Assembly: GCA_003427395.1 (NCBI GenBank)
Contig: BFEA01000003.1
Span: forward strand, 5,015,886 to 5,079,885
Length of the DNA: 64,000 nt
Reading direction: 5' to 3'
From: Chara braunii
Lineage: Eukaryota; Plantae; Charophyceae
Below are positions 25,301-38,799 of the stretch, in pieces. Below the pieces are notes generated by a model, which saw only the letters and a list, made by a program, of their open reading frames with translations, made no database searches and had not been told where the DNA came from. A program made the position numbers and the translations under genes. Position 1 is the stretch's first letter. Each line of letters begins with the position of its first letter.

Positions 25301-28300
25301 CATAGATAAACGACAATAGTCATCTGCTGAGGCTGTAATACGAGTGGTTTCTACAACACGGAGCGCGATCAACATCGATCCTAGTATAAGAAGTAAGGCA
25401 ACTTTTCAGGGTCGACCTGGCAGATTGCATGACAGGCGATTGATTAATCAAAATAACGCAATTATTAGCAGGATCGGTGAGTCAGGGACTATCTTTATTG
25501 TTAGTCCTAGCTTCCACGGATGGGACCCCTCGAGAGTGGTCTTCAGTCACGGAAGCCAGAGTAGATATCCCACTCTGTGTAGCTCTGGGTTCCCTTTATT
25601 TTTCCGTTACCTGTGCTTATTTTCTATTTGGGTGCTCTATTTGCTGCGAACTCACATCGTCAGACAACCCGTTAGTCACCGTCAAGCAGATACTTGACCA
25701 TAAAATATGCAACCCTTCTGAGAACTGATTTCCTCTTGCTCATCACTTGCTGATGGCCAGGCGGGATCGATTATCTTATCTTAAGGTAGGCCCTTGAGTA
25801 TGTCAACCCAATTAAGCGAGCTGTGTTTAACCGCATAGTTCTGACAATTCTTGCAATAAGAGGTTCATGAGAGCGAAGGAGTCATGATGACAATAAGCAT
25901 AGTTAGAGGGAAAAGGGAAATAACGAGTATTGACTTAGAAACTCAGATCAAGGGTAGGCGTAGGTTGGGTGCTCGGATCAAGGGTAAACGCAATATTACT
26001 TGAGTCTGATGTCTCAACTCAAAGAATTCAAGACCCAACATGATCGATTGTCACCCCGGAAAAACAACTGTTGACTTTCTATGGCAGTACGAAGCCACAG
26101 GGAACCAACAACTATTAGCAATGCTCGTTATCCAAGCCTGCAAAGTGATAACGGGCTAAACTGTCGATAGACAACTTGAGACGAGCACGCGAGATAAAAT
26201 CATCGCGTTCGTCCAGATAGACTCTACCTGATATAAGAGATAACCACAAAGTTCACGAACATGCCACGACACTTTAAAATCCACTTATCTTACCCCTATT
26301 TACTTCCACAAAACTAGGATAGAGCTCACTAGAGAGGTAAAATAGTGGTAATCAGTGTGGCTGGGTGGGGAACGAAAAAAGCATTAGCCCTTATATTACA
26401 ATGCCTCACTTTACACGCTGCTCAGACTGGTCAAGCCCGATACACGGGTTTTACGTTACCAGCTTTCCGCGCTCTCAATCACTATGGCACAACGCAGCCC
26501 ATGAGAAGGCTCAAGAAACATCATCAGTATTGATCTCGTAGCTTTTATCATCAGCATTGATCCCGTAATTTTCCATACAATATTTATGAACCTCACTCTT
26601 ACTTCTCGTAGCTATCACGTAGCTCACTCAACATCCCTATCATATCGCCTTCTTCCCCGTTTTCTTAGCACCTCAGCTCGGAATCACCCCTCAGAAGAAA
26701 ACTGTAGGACCCGTTAACTCTCGTACAAAGACATTCACTAGGAACGTCTCACACTGGCATGTGCACGAGTTCCTCCACTAACAACCGCATCCTCCGAGTC
26801 TCCCTTGACTGAAGGAGCACAGTGACGAAATGATCAAGCGCCGCGTGACTTGATGATCTAATTATCAAACTGTTTATCACAGAAGTTCAGTCTCTATCAA
26901 GAGTTAACGTCATCGCAGACAACAGAGCTCCTCTCTCTCTGACCATACCATGCAGCAAACCCATGCACTGCGATGGACTCCACGACTGGTACAGATGAGG
27001 CTTACGCGTGCTGTTGCGCTCAAGCCCAAGGGAGTCTGCAACTTCTTGCTGGTAAAAGCGACGTTGTCAAGAACTACGCGATGGCTTTATTTTGCCCCCC
27101 TCCTCGAGTTCACATGTCCCCCTTTCTTGCGAGCAGATCTCGGTTCCTTGTCTGACGACCCCGGTCCTGTTGCCATGAGCAGGGCTCACTAACTGCTCTC
27201 ATATGCCGCACTCTCCTGCTCATGGTCTCATCGGCTCCCAGTGGGTAAGCACAAGATCAACTGAGGGGATGATAAGAAAGCAACAAAAAATAATGACGCG
27301 CTGTCGCATCTCTCTGTCGAGACGAAATACACCCTTCGAGAATGGGGAACAAATATCTCTCCCAGGATGGTAGACTAAACATCGAGGGACGGAAACGAAA
27401 GTGATATCAACAACACTATGCCCGCGAACTTCTCTCTAATCTCCCCCCTTCTCTCGCTCTTCTCTTTCTTCTGCCGATCGTAGTTGGCTCATGCCTCACA
27501 CGAGAGCGTAGGTAGTGATTGTCGTCAACCACATTGCGCGCGTCCCCCTGTCTTGCTCTATGACCTTTTCTTGTCTTACTTCCCCCTCTGGGAAGTCCGC
27601 GTACAGCTCGCGCCACGTGTAGACCGTGCACAGGCGTAACCGCCTCGCGCTTGCCTGTCTCCCCGCAACTCGCCTACACGTGTTGACTTTTTTTTTAGAG
27701 CCTCCTCTTCTCTTTCACCGCTTGACATGCTCATTCCCTCTTCCTTTGCCTCCCGCCTTTCTTTGTCCTGCCCCTCTGGGACAGTCGGCTTCGGGTCCGC
27801 CTTCCACAGGTTGTGCCCCAGGGTGGTTCTTGCGAACCTGGCCTGGCCTATTCCAGGACGGGAGGCAGGTCTCCCGGTCACTGGCCTCACTCTCTGCCTC
27901 TGAGTCACGGTCCAGATGTCGCTGCTCGCGTTCCACCGTGTCTGTCGAGGTTTCAACCGCGTGGTAAATGACAGTCACCCGCACCTCAGCAGTGACCCCA
28001 TCCCTCTGCATCCTTCTCTTTGCCCGGTCTTTAGACTCCATGACCGCCAACTGTAGTCTCTGGTCCCTCTTCATCTCCTCCTCTCGCTCCCTCCACGATA
28101 ACCTTCAGACTCGCCTCGTCTCCCCCACTGTAATTCAGGATCGTAGTGATCCTGGGACCTTTGCCAGACATAGGAGACCAGCGAGTAGTGTACTTCCAGT
28201 AATCCGGCCGGTAGCCGTGCAGGCCATTGCAGCATGCCATAGCCGATTGCCAGATAGACACAACCTGGTACTCAACACTCGTGCACGCAGACTATCCATC

Positions 28301-28615
28301 GTTCTCAGGCCAACAGCGTCAACACAGCAAAAGAGGCCTCGCTGCTAAGGACTCATTTGCCTCGCCCTTTTATAGGCTCACCACTCGCTATGACCCCGCG
28401 CTCTAAACGAAGAGTTCAACTTTAGCCTTTTCCGGATTTCCTCACATTAGTAGTTTTAATGCTCCAAAATATAAAGCAAAATAAAACTAAATAATTCAGA
28501 AACCGAAACTCAACAGTCGAAGTACGGGCTGAACTCACTATGCTACTGTCAAGTCATTAATCATCGCGATGTGACCACGGCCCAAAGGCAGAAGTCCCAT
28601 AACGGGATACTGACA
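22323..28615 (-). mobile_element. Unclassified ~6.3-kb LTR-like block with decayed minus-strand ORFs
   Basis: TGTCA...TGACA ends and a minus-strand TATAAAAGGG at ~28366-28375. ORF remnants at 22807-23411, 23893-24138 and 27715-28261. No TSD and no RT/IN motifs. Confidence 0.35.
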
Positions 28616-29695
28616 AGCGTTCCCTTTCCCTCAAAACGCGCCTGCTGGCCTATACCTGACGGGTACCCGTGTCCGATGGCAAGGAGGGGGCTTATGACCC
28701 TCCACGGGGGGTGATAGGCTCCCTACCAATGCGGTCGTGGGTCCCCCCTCTTTGGGGTCCTACAGAGCGGCACTCACTCGAACAAACTTGACGCAGGTGA
28801 TATATGAGAAGTCGGCCCGCTTAGGCCGCAAAACATAGCTCAAGCCCGGATTTCCAACCGTTGGCCTTCCTGCGAAATGACAGGCCGAAAGGTAAACCGA
28901 GTCTGACAATCGTGCGAAAAGAAAACTAAATAATGATGATAATAATAATAGTAGAGGAAAAAGAAAAGTCAACGATAAAATGACCAACTGTCATTGGATT
29001 ATTCCGAATAAGAGCAAGGGCCCTGATCCGCGTGCTGATCAGACGCTCAACTTTCTTTTCATTTTTTTCTACAATTTTCCTTTCTTTTATTCATTTTCGC
29101 TCAACCTTTTCCTTTCCTGACAGTGACCTGTTTTCATGCACCTAAGCCCATAACCTGGTAGAGGGGCACTTGGCGCGCAATAGATAAGGCAGCGCCCGTC
29201 CCTCTACCTTCGCGTCCCAGGGCGAACCTGACGGCTACCACGGCCACAGGCCGGTAGTGCTCTGCTTGTACAACAGGGCGCAGAGCCTGCGTGGACCAAG
29301 GGAAAGCCCTGTGGCGCACCCCTTTTGCTGAGGCAAGCACCAACAGGGCCGGTTCATAATAGGGTTTCATTCTGGTATACCAGGAACGTTGCACAGGTTC
29401 GGAGGCAACCCGATGAGTAGCGGACACCCAAGCAAGGAACAAGCACTGGGTAGGAATCTGGCACACGGAGGAGGGCCGAGACACCGCGTCCTCCGACAGC
29501 GGCCCCATACCCGGTGTAACCGTTCCTTTTTAGCCTATGTAGGCTCTGTCACTATTTTATGTAGGATAATTTAAGATTTAACGTTTCAGTGGTCACGCCT
29601 TCACGCCTCTTCTCCATAATAGAATTCAACGGGTCACAACGTCGATCATCACCCATTGTTCCCAGACGTCAACAAAGGTCCAGACTCATATCTAA

Positions 29696-30217
29696 CAACA
29701 GAAAAAATTCCTAGAATTAAATAATCATTCTATAGTAGAATTATATTTTAAATTTTAAATATTCATTCCATTCAAAAAAATATCATTCCACTTTTAAATT
29801 ATTTCGTTTTACTTGAAAAGTTTCACTTCAATAATGGGGTATCTCATCTCATTTGAATTGCATGCTAGAGATGGAATGAAAGTCTTGATGAGTTCATTAA
29901 ATATTTTAATTAGACTTTCATTCTATATAAGGATTTTTAGTCATAAATATGTTAATCCAATCTAAATTAGAAGATATTTGTTATAGTAAAATGAAAGTTT
30001 AATTAAAGCATTTCATAAACTCGTATAGACTTTCATTCCATCTTCAACACATAGATTTAGTTGGAAGGGAAAACTCATATTTAAATGAAAAATTATCAAT
30101 TAAAATTGGAAATTTTAGAATTGAACGAACATTGGAATGATAATTTATAAATAAGAAAGATTTGTTGTAATATAATATTTTTTAAACTTTCATTTTGTGT
30201 GGGAATTTTTTTTGTTG
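29696..30217. mobile_element. AT-rich MITE family A, copy 2
   Basis: caacagaaaaaattcc...ggaattttttttgttg; homologous to 17075-17775. Confidence 0.8.
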
Positions 30218-30275
30218 AATAAATATCGGTACTAGGCCTTTCGTTCACATGTCAGGTTCGAGTGAACTTTCAGCC

Positions 30276-30548
30276 CAGGCTACCAGCCGGGCCGCCCGGG
30301 TCCCGGGTGGCCAGCTCGTGCAAGGACCAGAGAAGGTCCCGAAAACAAAACAAAACAAAAAAAAATCCGTAAAAAACCTATGTTATGCAAAAAAAATAAA
30401 CTGAACAACTTTTGCCTCAAGGTCACATCAAAATTCTTCATCAAATTCAAAATAAAAAATAAAATTATTTTTTTTTATTTTTATTTTTATTTTTTTAATG
30501 TTTTTGGCCCGGCCGAGCAAGTGCCCCCCGGGCCACTTTGGTAGCCTA
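30276..30548. mobile_element. hAT-like MITE
   Basis: CAGGCTACCA...TGGTAGCCTA ends with GC-rich ggcc/ccgg subtermini; TSD not confirmed. Confidence 0.5.
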
Positions 30549-31350
30549 GCTTTCGACAGATAAACCAATCTCATTAAGTTATGAAGCCTAGATAATCTTT
30601 AACAAAGTCGGACATCGTCCGACATTTAAAAATACGAGGTAGATGCCATTGTCAGAATTTCTGCCCCAACACCGAACTATGCCTGGGGTTGGGGGTATGT
30701 AAGACATATCTGCAGGGGCACACCATCATGACTAATATATGGCAATCCATAAACAATGCACTATCCAAAGTGGAACTTTTAGGTAAAGGTCAAATGCAAA
30801 ACCTAAATCCAAAAATACATAAGGTACGTAATTTTAATGGATCGCAAAAGGAAAGGTCCCATCTGATTTTTGCAAACATGATGGGCATTAAACAACAGAC
30901 TCTCGACTTTAGACGAAACTCAGAAAGTGATTTTGAGACTTTGGCTGTGTACAAGGCTGTAGAAAAATGATGGACGGTTATATGAAATAAAAGTACATAT
31001 TTTTAAGTCGAGCAGTACCCAACAGACACCCAAGGTAAGACCTGGGTCATGAGGTGTAATTTTTGAGTACTCATAGTTTAAGCAAAACATTGTCCGACTT
31101 CCGGTTGATGTATACTAGTAGAACTTACTTAGCAGGTAGGATGATGTTCGGTAGTTTGAAGCTGCAGACTTCCATTGGGACGCTGAACCCGATTTCCAGA
31201 CAGACCACGGCTTCGAGGTTGAGTTGTGGAGGGATTTTCGGCCTCTGTTCCTTGTTTATAATACATAATAAATGTTCCTGTAAAAAAAAATTAAAACTTA
31301 GTCATTTTGAAACTGTACTCAATCACCCAAAACATTGCATATACACACAG

Positions 31351-31352
<2 letters not shown>

Positions 31353-31383
<31 letters not shown>

Positions 31384-32059
31384 NNNNNNNNNNNNNNNNN
31401 NNNNNNNNNNNNNNNNNNNNNNNNNNNNNNNNNNNNNNNNNNNNNNNNNNNNNNNNNNNNNNNNNNNNNNNNNNNNNNNNNNNNNNNNNNNNNNNNNNNN
31501 NNNNNNNNNNNNNNNNNNNNNNNNNNNNNNNNNNNNNNNNNNNNNNNNNNNNNNNNNNNNNNNNNNNNNNNNNNNNNNNNNNNNNNNNNNNNNNNNNNNN
31601 NNNNNNNNNNNNNNNNNNNNNNNNNNNNNNNNNNNNNNNNNNNNNNNNNNNNNNNNNNNNNNNNNNNNNNNNNNNNNNNNNNNNNNNNNNNNNNNNNNNN
31701 NNNNNNNNNNNNNNNNNNNNNNNNNNNNNNNNNNNNNNNNNNNNNNNNNNNNNNNNNNNNNNNNNNNNNNNNNNNNNNNNNNNNNNNNNNNNNNNNNNNN
31801 NNNNNNNNNNNNNNNNNNNNNNNNNNNNNNNNNNNNNNNNNNNNNNNNNNNNNNNNNNNNNNNNNNNNNNNNNNNNNNNNNNNNNNNNNNNNNNNNNNNN
31901 NNNNNNNNNNNNNNNNNNNNNNNNNNNNNNNNNNNNNNNNNNNNNNNNNNNNNNNNNNNNNNNNNNNNNNNNNNNNNNNNNNNNNNNNNNNNNNNNNNNN
32001 NNNNNNNNNNNNNNNNNNNNNNNNNNNNNNNNNNNNNNNNNNNNNNNNNNNNNNNNNNN

Positions 32060-32127
<68 letters not shown>
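31353..32127. repeat. (CA)n and (GA)n microsatellites flanking an assembly gap
   Basis: Direct reading. Confidence 0.9.
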
Positions 32128-32131
<4 letters not shown>

Positions 32132-32764
32132 GAGAATGTAGTATTGGATAGTCCGCAAGTAAATTCAAAGTCATTTTAGTCATTTGAGGCGATGGGGATT
32201 TGAATTGAGGTCTGTGTTTCAAAGCTCGTGGGTATACCAACTAAGGGCATTCTCACACCACTCTCCAAATGTGCAAAATGAAAATAAACTTCCCGCTAGA
32301 ACATGGTCGAATGCACCCACCATATTTTTGTCTTTTTCACATTTCGAGAGTGGTGTTGCAAGGCCCTGAGCTAGGGTCGTTGATTCCGCTAGTTAGTTTT
32401 CACTTTCTGAAGGACGACGTAGCCACGACGGAGGCCTGTGTTGACTGAACATGATCATAATTTGTGATCAAGTACTTATAAGATCATATGACGACTTGCA
32501 TGAGTGTGTGTTGACGTGCCAAGTTGACATGTCACTATGCGCCAAGTCCACATGTCTCTACTCTCTATCCAGATGCAATCCCGCACTCTGTGCGCGGGAT
32601 GAGATGTCACCCCTGCCAACCACCCGAATCTCGACACTTTGTCCCAGCGGCGGCCACTACTGCTCTCGCGCAACCTGTTCCCTAACTGCTGCTACCGGTA
32701 CTTCCCCACAGGTTCCACCCTTTTTTTTTCCTTTTTTTTTTTTGCAGGGCCATCTGAATGCCGA

Positions 32765-32830
32765 CAAACAAACAAACAAACAAACAAACAAACAAACAAA
32801 CAAACAAACAAACAAACAAACAAACAAACA
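32765..32830. repeat. (AAAC)n microsatellite
   Basis: Direct reading. Confidence 0.95.
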
Positions 32831-34645
32831 AAAAACCGCTACTGCGACTGAGTGAGGAATCAACGGCAATCTGCCTTCGACGCGCACAATAATCCACATC
32901 GAGTGGGATCTGGGCTTGATACCACGTAGAGGCCTTGTCTTTATGGAGACAAACCCCAAAACGATGGGGGTGGATATGGTATTGTCGTACGGGAGAGCCG
33001 CCAGGCGTCGGGACCCCGCCGGCTTGCGGCATATCCCGCACGTAACCAATATATAGTTGCCGACCTCCTGGATCCCAACGCCGCCAAGGCCTCTGCTTTC
33101 GCCCAATCGCTATGCCGGTAGGCGGGACATAGTCTACCGGTAGAGGTTAGGAATAGTGCACGCCCCTTGTAACCCTTATCAACAACCCCTGTAAATGCCT
33201 TCCCTCCTCCTTACCACCTCTGTTCAACCCCTATTTTAAACCCTGCCCCTACAACCTTCTGCAAACCCCTGTCAACTCGCGGGCCTTCTCAACTGGACGG
33301 GTGGGCCTGGGCGCGCATTACAGACCAACGCCGAACCTATAGTAGGGTAGTGTAGACAAGTTACGGTCGGGACAGCATCCGACAGGCAACAGTGACGTGG
33401 AACTGCCTATAACCTGGTTGTGCGCTTACCGGTCGAACCGGTGCGGAACCCTCCCCCCCTCCCCCCTGCTCCCCCTACCCTCCCCTCCAAGGGCTGAACG
33501 GAAAATGACGCGGAGCCGCCTACAACGCTGTAGGGCCGAGCGGGCTACCGGTAATCAGGGGCTAGGTCCCACTTGCATGAATTAAGAGATCTTGACCGCA
33601 GATAGCAAAGATCAACGACCGAAATCTCCTAATCGGCGCAAGTAGGACCTTGCCCCAGGTTGGCACGATACCGACGACACCGACGCTTCGTACTTGGATG
33701 GGATGAGACATTCAACGACGACCGGACCCGACCCGGGGCGAGGTCCCGCTAGCAAAGAGGATTGGATTAAACTCCTAAATCTGGGCGTCACTAATACCTC
33801 CGCGAGTGTTGGGAAAATAGGGAAAAGTGGCAGTTTTCCCAAACTCCTAAAGATTCGGAGGTCGGGTCCGACGACGAATGCCATTGATAAATCTAATCGA
33901 CGGTCGTCACTTCGTTTCTTCCTTCGAAAAAGTCAGAGGACCAACCAAGGCCCGCTATTTTCCCACGCAGCAAAGGTACTAGTGGCTTAAGCTGAGATGC
34001 AAAAAAGCAGTTCAATCTCAATTTCTTACATCTTTTCGCACATCTCTAGTCTAGATTAAGGCGTTCAATCCAATCCTCCCTGCTACTGTCTTCCCCCCAA
34101 CATAACGCACCCTAAAAATGAATGTATACAAGCCATATTTTCGACAAGATACAACTAAAATAAGGGTGTGTTGTGTTCGGGGGAAGTAGGTAGTGGGACC
34201 CCACCCCCGGACGACGGGTCAGAAGGTTTGATTAGGCGATGCAAATCGCGGCTCTTCGCTTTTTTTTTTTTTTTTTTTTTTGGGGGCCCTCCGTTTCGGC
34301 GAACAGCCAGCGAACATGAAAGGAAAAAGCGCCTCGCTCCTCTCAACAACACTCTATATGTATCTGGACCTCGTAATCATCCCGATACTTTCAAAACTTC
34401 GAACTCGTCCGAGTGTCCTTGGCCAAAATGGCGTCCCAATACATGTAGAATGTCGAATAGTGGAGCGAGGCCTAGGGTCGGCGCGAGCCATGCATTAAAT
34501 CCAACCCCGGCTGAAAATGTCGGGAGGTGAAAAAAAAAAATGTCCGCGAGTGGATTTGAACTCATTCCCTTTGGTGATGGTGTCGTACAACTCCTATTGC
34601 TGACGTGTCACTAACGGTTGCATAGCGACCACAAAAAGTGGGCAG

Positions 34646-34809
34646 GGGCTAAGTCCCACTAGCAGCGTTGAGCTACCTCAACGCCTAAATGTGGACGCTT
34701 TTGCGGCGGTGTGCAGAAATAGTGTCGAGTTTTCTGAACTGCACGTTTCCACAAACACGTCCAAATTCAGGCGTTGAGGTAGCTCAACGCTGCTAGTGGG
34801 ACTTGGCCC
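34646..34809. mobile_element. Harbinger-like MITE with ~50-bp TIRs and CAG TSD
   Basis: cag|gggctaagtcccactagcagcgttgagctacctcaacgcct ... aggcgttgaggtagctcaacgctgctagtgggacttggccc|cag. Confidence 0.88.
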
Positions 34810-35289
34810 CAGGTACACTCCGTCATCGCCTCTTTTCTTTTTCCCTTTTTTTTTTTTTTTTTTTTNNNNNNNNNNNNNNNNNNNNNNNNNNNNNNNNNNN
34901 NNNNNTTTTTTTTTTTTTTTTTTTTTGAAAAATTTGGACCATTTCTCGGCTTATGCGTGTCATACTTGCGGATGTTTGCAACACCCCATCAGTCAGTCAA
35001 GCTAAGAGGAAACATAAGGCCTCACTCCATTGCTCGACATTTGACATGTATATGGGCAGTAGAGTCGCCCAGGTACATTCGAACTGATCCAACATTTTGA
35101 ACATATCCGGACCACCATGAGCTCAAGATACATGTTGATATTTTTTCCATGTTGAATTTAAAAAAATGTTGTCTAGTGGAGTGAGGCCCCATAATCAAGA
35201 TACGGAGGGAAAACACCGAGAACGATGAAATGAACCGGAAAAAAAGGAATGATTGACAATCAATAAAAAAATTATTTGCTCTAGTTAAT

Positions 35290-37623
35290 AGAGGATGTGA
35301 GTGCCAAGCTTGTAGCAAAGTTCTTTACAACCTTGGCTACGGAGAAGCAACCACATTCAACGGGTTTTCGGAGACTGCTCCTTACCCCCTGGTCCAGCCT
35401 GGCTGAGCCTAAGACAGGCAAAAGGCAGCGCCATGAGAGAGTACAAGGCGAAGAATCAACGCGGATCCAAACAACCGCCACAACCAGCATAGCCTATGCG
35501 CAGGTTGGTGGACTCCTACAGGACCACCCACCCCACGAAGCTTGGATATACTTGGTTCTCCTCGCAGCGTACAGGCGACCACCCGCCTCCAAGACGCAAA
35601 CTCGACTTGGAACTAACAGTTGGCGCAGCATGGGAAACTCTCACTACAATTGAGAGTTCCATTGAATTTATCTCCGATCACAGGCCATTAGTAGCCAACT
35701 TTGAGTTGGCTGCCCAGCTGGTAAGGGAACCAGGCACATTCCGATTGAATGTGGAGCTGCTCAAAGCCCTAGGCATAGTACAATGGGTTGCAGAACATTG
35801 GGAGGGATGACACCACATAAGAGCAGACTTCGATGCGAAGGAGGATTGGTTGCAGATGGGGTTCAGAGTGGTCACAAGGGCACGCATCCAAGCTAGGGGC
35901 AGAAGGCAAGAAGAGCAGAAATGGAGGGACGTTATTACAAATGCAGAAGCAGAGTTAGACAAGAACCCGCTCACAGAACTGTACTGGCAGCACCAGACAG
36001 ATAAAGCCCTACAAGAGCTGGAGGAGATCAAGGTGAAACAACAAGTACTCTGGGCCAGCAGGGCACAGGAAAGAGGAATGACTATCAGCGATAGAATGAC
36101 AAAGGAAACGTTTCAACGAGTATGCCCACCATGAAGGCACTCCCTCATGAGAGAACTGCATCATCCTTTCTATCAGGAAGCAGCACCGACAAAGGACTCT
36201 GAAGCAATCGGGGAATACGCACTCACATACTTCAAGGACATTCTCACTTCAAGGAGACAACCCGATCAGCCGCTTCAGCAGCTAAGGGAGGAGCACGACT
36301 TGTGGCATCATACTCAGGCAAGACTGTCCCACGACGCCAGACAACGATTGGAAGAGCCACTAACGCTGGAGGAAATAAAGCAGGTTGTCAAAGCCATGGT
36401 CAAGGGAAAGTGCCCCGGATCAGCCGGCCTTCCAGTGGAGTTCTATGAAGCAAACATGTGACCATATAGGGTCCATCTTGCTTAATAGCTACAACGTAAT
36501 TCTCCAGTGTGGCTCGTTAACTGAGGATATGAAACTCGACATCAACGCTCTAATCTACAAGAAAGGTGACAAGTGCAACGTGCGCAATTGGCCTCAACGT
36601 TTCTTATAAGATTATCGCCAAGGTCCTGGCCAGAAGACTGACTCCTCATCTCTCAACGTTGGTATATACAGACCAAGGTGCTTTCGTTCAGGGCAGATCC
36701 ATCGCGGAGAACATGATGATGGCAGCAAGTGCGTTTGAGATCAGCCAAAAGGAAGACAGGCAAGTGATGGTGTCAATGCTTGACCTTAAAAAAACTTACG
36801 ATCGAGTTAACTGGTGGTTTGTTCTGGCCACACTGGAGCACCTGGGTTTCTGTCCCATCTATAGACGTTGGGTCAAGGAGCTCTATACAGGTGTTGCAGC
36901 CACAGTTAGTGTCAACGGATTCCTATCTCAAACATTCTCACTCACACAATCATTGCGTCAGGGATGTCCACTCGCATCACTGCTCTTCACTGTTCAAATG
37001 GAGGTTCTTTTGAATGCCCCCTGAGCCTCCCCTCACATTCGAGGCCTGGGCCTAGGAGATGGTGATACCATGCTAACCGGCGCCATTTCTGATGACCTCC
37101 TGCTCACCATGGAGGCAGAACCAGAGTCCATAAGCAAAGCCAAGGTACTGCTGGATTCATATGCGCAACTGTCGGAGGCCAGGGTAAATTGAGATAAGTC
37201 TGTATACTTCATACCAGCAAGATACGATCTCCCAGGACCAGACTGGGGCATGAAACGAGTTTCGTAGGAGGTGTCAGAAATATATCTAGGTATGCAAGTC
37301 TCCCTCACTAATGCACAGCCGAAGCAACAAGCCCTCCTCCGAGCTAAAACACAGACCTGCATACAGCGATGCAGAGTAGCAGTGGGAATTTCACTTTTCA
37401 GTCGAGCGTTGTTACTCACCTCTGTCGTTTTTGCTCAACTTTGGCATGTCGCAGCAGTATGCCTGATTTCCAAGCCAACAGCTAAGACGATCATCGCCGA
37501 TGCCGCCAGGTATCTTTGGAGGCCAACAACACATGAGGGGTAGAGATTCGTCTCCAAATGTGCTTGGATAAAGGTAACAACGACGAAAGCACAGAGGGGA
37601 TTGGGAGTCATCGACCTGCAGAA
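35290..37623 (+). pseudogene. L1/Tx1-type LINE ORF2, 5' part (APE endonuclease end plus RT), decayed
   Basis: LVDSYRTTHP..GYTW, SDHRPL, KCPGSAGLPVEFY, YKIIAKVLARR, QGAFVQGR, LDLKKTYDRV, LRQGCPL, ISDD, YLG, GLGVIDL. Confidence 0.9.
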
Positions 37624-38031
37624 AACGGTATTTTCGTTATAAGTGAAATTGTTTTCATGTTCACTTTTTTTTTTTTAACTGTAAAATGGCAGAACGAAAT
37701 GAGGAAATTATAGATGAAATAACGACAAAGCAAAATAACGACAAAGCGAAATAACGACAAAGCAAAATAAGGACGAAACAATGTTCATATATCAAAGCTT
37801 AGTAATGCAAACGACAAAATGATGCTCATATATGAAAAGTTGAAGGAAAAATTTAATGTGACAGTCATGATTATACAAGTTCAAAACAATCATGCTCCCG
37901 TGTTGCTTGTGCTCAAAATATAATACAATGTCAAGTTCTTACCTCGAATGTTTACACTCAGTAAACATGTCAATCTCATCAACAAAATATTAACCACGGA
38001 CTACAGCTTTAGTCACGCCTCATTGGCTTTC

Positions 38032-38799
38032 CTATCTAACCATGAACAAAATGTCAAATGTTATTCTAAGCCTCATATCAGAAATATTGGCTTGTGAGAA
38101 AGCAAATGGAGGGAAGTGACCTCTTGCAAGCAAAGATGCAAAACCTAACATAAAAACACCACAACTACAATGATCCTTTTGAGCAGGAATCCCATCTACT
38201 GATGTATCAAAGTAGGATGTAGGCCCGTCCACGTGATCTCTTTCGTGAAGATTATGTCGATGAAACTCCGCTTCGAAAAAATCTTTCAAACGTTCAAGGA
38301 CTGAAACATAGTCAACACGAGGGAGAGAGTCTATTAGGTGGAATTTACAGTTCGAACCGTCTATGCTGACATAAGTTAAGGCCTAGTGATTTCCAAAATG
38401 AAGAGGGATAATCACTAAGTCATAATAAAAAAGATTTGTGTCCTTCACCCATTTCATCCCTTCGGAATATGCGGTTTCAAACCTCGAAGCACCTGACAAT
38501 CGAGTGAAGAAAAAGAAATTGAAAATGTACACAAAAGGAACACTACATGAGTTTTTATGATCTCTTGTCACTTCTGTATATGCAGAATCAACCTTGATGT
38601 AGTCATTGGTGATCTGGACAGCTAGCAGGTACAAATTGACGACTTTGTCATTTAACCATTTCCCATCCTTGGCAACGACCATGATGTCTTCCTTTCCCAT
38701 CTTCCAGCTCCCCTTGTAATTGACAATGACGTATGCTTCATTGTCTTCGCTGCTGCCTGTAATCATGTCAAGATACTCATTTCTTCTACGGTGAGGCAT
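38032..38799 (-). pseudogene. Ulp1/SENP (peptidase C48) SUMO-protease domain
   Basis: WLNDKVVNLY, FNFFFFTRL, IIPLHFGNH*(W to stop), IDSL, QKDHCSCGVF; His/Asp/Cys triad order is preserved. Confidence 0.9.

Noticed and set aside
32983-33045. GC-rich hairpin as a structured RNA or Helitron end
   Set aside because: Imperfect stem, no CTRR terminus and no recognisable RNA motif.
34529-34580. tRNA-like 3' half (GAGTTCAAATCC followed by oligo-T) on the minus strand
   Set aside because: No D or anticodon arm can be built; at most a SINE or tRNA remnant.
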